Below are positions 58,810 through 64,000 of a DNA stretch of 64,000 nucleotides, one piece after another. Both the position numbers and the translations under genes were made by a program. Source of the stretch: Gaoshiqia hydrogeniformans (GTDB lineage Bacteria > Bacteroidota > Bacteroidia > Bacteroidales > Prolixibacteraceae); assembly GCF_049347105.1 (NCBI RefSeq), contig NZ_CP186334.1:3298575-3362574 (forward strand), given 5' to 3'. The number at the start of each line of letters is the position of its first letter. Position 1 is the first letter of the stretch. The notes beneath the pieces were generated by a model. It had not been told where the DNA came from, searched no databases, and worked only from the letters and a program-made list of their open reading frames with translations.

Positions 58810-60858
58810 ATGAACGTTACAGAAAAAATAGGCTCATTCAGACAGGCTCTTCGGTGGGTAGTTGCTGTCTTATTTTTGTTTTCCTGTTCGCCCCAAAAAC
58901 CAAGTTCGGAAAATGAAGCGGAAAAACAAACCTTGCGCCGCAGCGACAGTTTTTTTGGTTTGCACTTCGATTTTCATGCAAACAAAAACGACAGTACTGT
59001 CGGGAAAACGTTTACCGCAGAAATGATCGACAGCCTGCTGACGATGGTTCAGCCCGATTATATCCAGGTTGATTGCAAGGGGCATCCCGGTATTTCGAGC
59101 TACCCGACAAAGGTGGGAAACGCCGCCCCGGGATTTGTGAAAGATCCGCTGAAAATATGGCGCGAAGTGACCCGTAAGCATAAGGTGGCGCTGTTTGTCC
59201 ACTACTCGGGCGTGTGGGACGATGCCTCGGCGGAAAAACACCCGGAATGGATGGCGCTGAACGCTGAAGGGAAAAAAATTGGTGGCAGAATATCGGTGAA
59301 AGGCCCGTATGTTGACAGCCTGCTGATTCCGCAGTTTAAGGAGCTGATTGACAATTACGATATCGATGGTTGCTGGATCGACGGCGAATGCTGGGCGTTG
59401 CAGGCGGATTACAGCCCGAAAATGATCAGCGCCTTTCGCGCCGAAACCGGCATCCGGCAAATTCCAAAATCATTCTCCGATCCGGGCGGTTACGAGTTCA
59501 ACGAATTTAACCGGAAGGCCTTCCGGCAGTATGTGGCGCATTACACCGACGTATTACACCGCTACAATCCCGAATTTCAGGTCACCAGCAACTGGGCGTT
59601 TTCGTCGCACATGCCTGAACCGGTTGACATTAACATCGATTTTATTTCGGGCGATTTTAGCCATGTGAACAGCGTGTACAGCGGTTTTTTCGAGTCGCGT
59701 TGCATCGCGCCGCAGGGAAAGCCCTGGGATCTGATGGCCTGGAGTTTTGCTTACAACTTTAACACCGGGGTGCCAATCACCAAATCGGCGGCACAGTTAA
59801 AACAATTGGCTGCCACCGTAATGTCGATGGGCGGCGGTTATCAGGTTTATTTTCAGCAAAACCGCGATGCTTCACCGCAACCCTGGCAATTTGGTTTAAT
59901 GAAGGAAGTGGCCGGATTTTGCCGCGAACGCCAGCCGTTCTGCCAGAATGCAAAACCGGTTCCGCAGGTTGCCCTGCTCTATTCTTCTGAAAATTATAAG
60001 AAATTCACCCGCGGGATTTACTCAAATTCTTCGGTAAACGAACCGCTGCGCGGAATGCTGAATCTGCTCCTGAACGGACAGAACGCCGTGGAAATACTGA
60101 TGGAGCACCACCTGAAAGGAAGGATGCTGGAGTATCCGTTGATTGTGATTCCGGAATGCCGTTACCTGGCCGATGATTTTAAAACTGAATTACTTGCGTA
60201 TGTGGAGAATGGCGGCAATCTGCTGGTGGTGGGTGCCGGCGCGACAGCTTTGTTTACCGATGCCCTGAACGTTGAATTTTCAGACACAGCAGTGTCAACC
60301 CAGTTTTTGGCATACAAGAACGAAATGGCCGGCATCAATACGCTGTTTCAGCCGGTTAAACTGAAGGAGGGCGCCACCGCCTTCGGGTCTCGGTATCCCG
60401 CTTCCGATTTGCGTTTTCCGTCGTCGCCGGCTGCTTCGGTTGCCTCTTATGGGAAAGGTAAAATAGCCGGTGTTTATCTCGATATTTCAAAGAAATACAA
60501 CGAAACCGCCAACCCGGTTTACCGCGATTTTGTCGGTTCCATTGTCCGCGAACTTTTTCCTGCTCCGGTTGCCGGGGTGAAAGGTTCGGCGAATGTGGCG
60601 GTTACCGTTAACCGGTTGGGCGTAAAACTGGCCGTCAACCTGATTAATACCTCGGGCGACCATTCCAACGAAAAAGTGGCCCGTTACGATGAAATTCCTG
60701 CCGTCGGTCCGCTCTCTGTGAAAATCAGGACGGAAAAAGCGCCGCGGAAACTTTTGCTCCAGCCTGAAAATCTCGCACTGGATTTTACCTTTTCCAACGG
60801 AGTAGTGGAGACCACTGTCGACCGGCTTGTCATTCATTCTATTCTTGTTTTGGATTAA
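58810..60858 (+). CDS. divergent TIM-barrel glycoside hydrolase, GH29-like (alpha-L-fucosidase-like) by motif arrangement
   Basis: Lipoprotein-like N-terminus. The segments FGLHFDFH...DYIQVDCKGHPGISSYPTKVG...YDIDGCWIDGECW parallel the GH29 blocks (FGLFIHWG...KHHDGF..WPS...DxxWFDG.W) but are strongly diverged. Confidence 0.4.
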   Translation: MNVTEKIGSFRQALRWVVAVLFLFSCSPQKPSSENEAEKQTLRRSDSFFGLHFDFHANKNDSTVGKTFTAEMIDSLLTMVQPDYIQVDCKGHPGISSYPTKVGNAAPGFVKDPLKIWREVTRKHKVALFVHYSGVWDDASAEKHPEWMALNAEGKKIGGRISVKGPYVDSLLIPQFKELIDNYDIDGCWIDGECWALQADYSPKMISAFRAETGIRQIPKSFSDPGGYEFNEFNRKAFRQYVAHYTDVLHRYNPEFQVTSNWAFSSHMPEPVDINIDFISGDFSHVNSVYSGFFESRCIAPQGKPWDLMAWSFAYNFNTGVPITKSAAQLKQLAATVMSMGGGYQVYFQQNRDASPQPWQFGLMKEVAGFCRERQPFCQNAKPVPQVALLYSSENYKKFTRGIYSNSSVNEPLRGMLNLLLNGQNAVEILMEHHLKGRMLEYPLIVIPECRYLADDFKTELLAYVENGGNLLVVGAGATALFTDALNVEFSDTAVSTQFLAYKNEMAGINTLFQPVKLKEGATAFGSRYPASDLRFPSSPAASVASYGKGKIAGVYLDISKKYNETANPVYRDFVGSIVRELFPAPVAGVKGSANVAVTVNRLGVKLAVNLINTSGDHSNEKVARYDEIPAVGPLSVKIRTEKAPRKLLLQPENLALDFTFSNGVVETTVDRLVIHSILVLD

Positions 60859-60883
60859 ATTGAAAACTAAATAGTTAATAACC

Positions 60884-61798
60884 ATGAAAAAATATTCTTC
60901 CCTTTTATTGACGGCCATTTTGTTGGTCGTTGCGGCAACAGCAATCGGTCTGGAGTCAGTTGCCAAAACAAAAAAAATACCGCATGTTTTGATCATCGGT
61001 ATTGATGGGCTGGGTGCCCACGGGCTTGAAATGGCGAATACGCCGCATCTCGATGAATTGATGAAAAACGGATCATACTCGCTTACTGCCCGTACAATTA
61101 TGCCCAGTAGCAGCGGGCCGGCCTGGAGTTCGATGATTACCGGAACAACTGTTGAACGGCACGGGGTGGGCAACAACGGCTGGACGGTTGGCAACAAAGC
61201 ACTGGAACCGGTTTACAAGGGGAAATACAACATGTTCCCCACTATTTTTGGAGAGATCCGTGATCATTCCCCGGAGGCTGTTATTGGCGCCATTTATCAC
61301 TGGAAAAGTTTTGGCAATTTTATAGAACCTGGGGTTTGTAACCTCAGTATTCCCTGCGAGTCGGAAGAAGAAGCGACCCAAAAAACCTGTGATTTACTGA
61401 AAGAAAAACGTCCGAACTTTACATTTATCCATCTCGATTTGGTTGATCATGGCGGTCATCACGGCGGCTATCGTTCCGAAGAATATGCCCGGTCAATTGA
61501 AAAAGCTGACAGTTTGGTTGGGGTACTCATCGGCCAGCTCCGGGAAATTAACATGTTTGAGCAAACCGTTGTTTTTGTGGTTTCCGATCATGGCGGCCTC
61601 GAGAAAAAACACGGAGGATTGAGTCCAGATGAAATGATTGTTCCTTTCATCATTTCGGGGAAAGGAGTTAAAAAAGGATACAAAATTGAACACCCGTCTT
61701 TTACTTACGACCTGGCGCCAACCGTGGCCTGGCTGTTTGGATTTGAACTGAACGAATGGGTAACGGGCAAACCTCTTAAAAATGTCTTCTCAAAATAA
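60884..61798 (+). CDS. secreted alkaline-phosphatase-superfamily phosphodiesterase (NPP / type I phosphodiesterase-like)
   Basis: Signal peptide and metal-site motifs IIGIDGLG and VVSDHGG; 304 aa. Confidence 0.75.
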   Translation: MKKYSSLLLTAILLVVAATAIGLESVAKTKKIPHVLIIGIDGLGAHGLEMANTPHLDELMKNGSYSLTARTIMPSSSGPAWSSMITGTTVERHGVGNNGWTVGNKALEPVYKGKYNMFPTIFGEIRDHSPEAVIGAIYHWKSFGNFIEPGVCNLSIPCESEEEATQKTCDLLKEKRPNFTFIHLDLVDHGGHHGGYRSEEYARSIEKADSLVGVLIGQLREINMFEQTVVFVVSDHGGLEKKHGGLSPDEMIVPFIISGKGVKKGYKIEHPSFTYDLAPTVAWLFGFELNEWVTGKPLKNVFSK

Positions 61799-61816
61799 CG
61801 TTAAAATCATCATGCC

Positions 61817-64000
61817 ATGTTCAGGTTAATCCGAAATAGATTCTTTCATGTTTTACTGCTGACATTCTTTTTTACTTTCGGGGAGTCATATGCCTCCGGT
61901 CTTTTGATAAAGGCAGATGTTTCATGCAAAATTTGGTGGGCTGGAACGACTTGCAAAGTCATGCGCGACGATCCGGTTCCTGCCAAAAATGGGAAAATCA
62001 TTCTTCAGTCGGCCCAAAACGAATTCGAAAGTTTCCAGCTTGTTTTGTCGCCCAAAGCAGATATGGAGGACATTTCGGTTGCAGTAACTGGTTTTACAAC
62101 TAAAAGTGGGCAAACAGTTCCTGCTGAAAATATTACCGTCCGTAAAGTGGAATATGTTCATATTGCCAAACCGTCGGGTACTCGCCACCAAGCCGGCTGG
62201 TATCCCGACCCGCTACCGCTGTTGGAAAAAACGTTCAGTGCAAAAGCCGGAATGAATACGCCAATCCTGATTTCGGTAAAAGTTCCAAAAGATGCGGCTC
62301 CCGGGGTTTATTCCGCACATATCAGTCTGAAATCGGCTGCCTGGGAAACGACTGTTCCTGTCGAACTGAAGGTATGGGATTTTACTTTGCCTGACTCTCC
62401 GTCCATGCGTTCCGCTTTTGGTTTGTATTCCGACCAAATCAGAACTTACCATAATCTCAGCAACGATGATGAACTGAAGCAGGTGTTGGATTTGTATTAT
62501 CAATCGTTCAGGGATTACCGAATCTCGCCGCAACAGTTTTTCGACCAATATCCCATTGAAAAAACGGTGAAAGGTGTTTGGTGGAAGGGCGGCACATTCG
62601 ATCCCGACACGGTTTTTGCAGGTAAATATTCGTACCAGGTAACCGGCAATAATCCCGGTATGCCTGCCGAACTGATCGAAGTAAACCCGGAAAAACCTTA
62701 CTGGCTGAAATGGCAGGCCAAAACATTCAGTGAGGGACAGGAATACCTGGTAACCGTCAAAAGTTACACTGCCGATAAAAAAGTAATTCCCTGGCAGCTT
62801 CAGGGAATGTTTTATACCGGCAGCGCCCGGTGGAAAACAGACAGCCTTTTTCTTGATCCGGTGAACCCGCTTGTTTACGAAGATATGGTTTTGTCGCGCC
62901 CGATGCCTAAAAACACCCGGTATGCGAGTGTTCAGCTTTTTTCGGTAAAGCCCGACGAAAGCGGGAGCAAAAGCGGAACCGCGTGGTTCGACAATGTGCA
63001 GTTTGTGGACGTTGCTACGGGAGAGAACCTTTTGCCTGAGGGCGATTTTGAGCATAACATCGATGACCTGCAAATGGAAATTGATTTTTCAGAATTTGAT
63101 GTGGCCGCCCGCAGATACCTGGACGAATTTGGGTTTACCGGCTTTCGGGTGAAAATTCCGGAACTGAGGCCGGGGCCGTTTATCAACCGGAAAACCGGCT
63201 GGTTCGCGGGGTTTGTCAATGGCACCGCGGAATACGAAAAATTGATCACGCTTTACCTGAAAGGTTTTCAGGATCATCTGGAAACCAACGGCTGGCTTGG
63301 GAAAGAGTACCTTTACTGGGTTGACGAACCCAAACACGAAGATTACGGTTTTGTGCGCGAAGGCATGGAAACGATTCACAAAGCCGCGCCCAAACTGACC
63401 CGTCTGATCACCGAAAACAATCCGGGGCCCGAAATCATGGATGTGACCGAGATCGGCTGTCCGGTATTGGCCAAGTTCGATCCGGTAAAGTCGAAAGTTT
63501 GGATTGCCAACGGACGACAAATGTGGTCGTACCTGATGACCTGGCCCAAAGCACCTCATGTCAACCTGTTTATCGATTCCGATGCCATGAATTTGCGGAT
63601 GTGGTTGTGGATGTCGTACCGCTACCGGTTGACCGGGATCCTGGTTTGGAGTTCGAATGTTTGGAATACCAAAAGTTGCTCGCCGCCGGGAGTTTTGCAG
63701 AATATATGGGACGACCCGATGACCTACATGAGCGGAAGCCTGACAACGCCGGGAGCAGCAGCAGAATACGGCAACGGCGACGGCATGTTCTTTTATCCGC
63801 CCAACCGCGACCCGAACAATGACAAAACAAAATACATGACCGGCCCGGTTCCTTCACTCCGGCTTGAAATTATGCGCGAAGGAATTGATGATTACGATTA
63901 CATGATGTTATTGGAAGATTGTATCAGAAATGCCCGGCCCGATCAGCAGAACCTGGTCAAAAAAGCAAAACAGGTGTTGAACTTCGGCACCGAAGTATTT
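61817..64000 (+). CDS. large secreted glycoside-hydrolase-like protein (DUF4091/GH123-like guess), 3' end beyond the window
   Basis: Uninterrupted protein-like frame of about 728 codons from the ATG at 61817 to the window end. It has a signal peptide (LLLTFFFTFGESYA) and Trp-rich conserved blocks. It is not in the supplied ORF track because no stop codon falls within the window. Confidence 0.5.
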   Translation, partial: MFRLIRNRFFHVLLLTFFFTFGESYASGLLIKADVSCKIWWAGTTCKVMRDDPVPAKNGKIILQSAQNEFESFQLVLSPKADMEDISVAVTGFTTKSGQTVPAENITVRKVEYVHIAKPSGTRHQAGWYPDPLPLLEKTFSAKAGMNTPILISVKVPKDAAPGVYSAHISLKSAAWETTVPVELKVWDFTLPDSPSMRSAFGLYSDQIRTYHNLSNDDELKQVLDLYYQSFRDYRISPQQFFDQYPIEKTVKGVWWKGGTFDPDTVFAGKYSYQVTGNNPGMPAELIEVNPEKPYWLKWQAKTFSEGQEYLVTVKSYTADKKVIPWQLQGMFYTGSARWKTDSLFLDPVNPLVYEDMVLSRPMPKNTRYASVQLFSVKPDESGSKSGTAWFDNVQFVDVATGENLLPEGDFEHNIDDLQMEIDFSEFDVAARRYLDEFGFTGFRVKIPELRPGPFINRKTGWFAGFVNGTAEYEKLITLYLKGFQDHLETNGWLGKEYLYWVDEPKHEDYGFVREGMETIHKAAPKLTRLITENNPGPEIMDVTEIGCPVLAKFDPVKSKVWIANGRQMWSYLMTWPKAPHVNLFIDSDAMNLRMWLWMSYRYRLTGILVWSSNVWNTKSCSPPGVLQNIWDDPMTYMSGSLTTPGAAAEYGNGDGMFFYPPNRDPNNDKTKYMTGPVPSLRLEIMREGIDDYDYMMLLEDCIRNARPDQQNLVKKAKQVLNFGTEVF

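Noticed and set aside
58870-61197. Minus-strand ORFs 58870..59460 and 60487..61197 antisense to the GH29-like and phosphodiesterase genes
   Set aside because: They overlap two consecutive, well-supported plus-strand genes, including the gene boundary. No independent support.
62213-63559. Minus-strand ORFs 62213..63073 and 63089..63559, and plus 63499..63822 (TTG start)
   Set aside because: All lie within the long plus-strand frame-2 ORF starting at 61817, which has a signal peptide and conserved protein-like blocks. These are shadow ORFs, and the short plus ORF is in a different frame from the real one.

Overview
The window is a Bacteroidota-type chromosomal segment of about 48-50% GC, with SusC/SusD pairs, ECF sigma/FecR modules and a T9SS C-terminal sorting domain. 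There are no rRNA or tRNA genes and no CRISPR array. In order along the window: (i) 1..9005 is the 3' part of a polysaccharide utilisation locus (PUL) with the classic phosphorolytic beta-mannan module: a partial SusC, SusD, a lipoprotein, a GH5-like glycanase, a GH130 mannoside phosphorylase, a GPH-family sugar:cation symporter and an AGE-family 2-epimerase. (ii) 9088..16117 is housekeeping: nadD, gmk, yicC-like, a vWA protein, an ECF sigma with an anti-sigma carrying a TonB-C-like domain, and mnmA. (iii) 16309..22313 on the minus strand is an ECF sigma / FecR / transducer-type TonB-dependent receptor / second FecR / DUF4382 lipoprotein cluster. (iv) 22803..29429 is a 2208-aa secreted protein with a T9SS C-terminal domain and fourteen nearly identical 255-bp (85-aa) HYR-like tandem repeats; this is the most unusual feature in the window. 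(v) 29553..40452 holds an EamA transporter, an NfeD/flotillin pair, and a TetR-TolC-HlyD-ABC-ABC-ABC2-ABC2 efflux operon. The intergenic junctions of that operon carry GTGAGT/ACTCGC hairpin-forming repeats, and one of them contains a decayed four-helix-bundle (rRNA IVS-type) gene. (vi) An apparently intact IS4-family insertion sequence at 40471..41784 has 9-bp target-site duplications and lies just upstream of (vii) a second PUL (41832 to the window end) with sigma/FecR/SusC/SusD. This PUL is unusually rich in secreted phosphoesterases (metallophosphatase-PA14, PHP, AlkP/NPP family) alongside GH78, GH2, GH29-like, a beta-propeller glycosidase and a long DUF4091/GH123-like ORF that runs off the window end and is absent from the supplied ORF track. 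All family assignments rest on recognisable motifs in the translations; no database search was possible.
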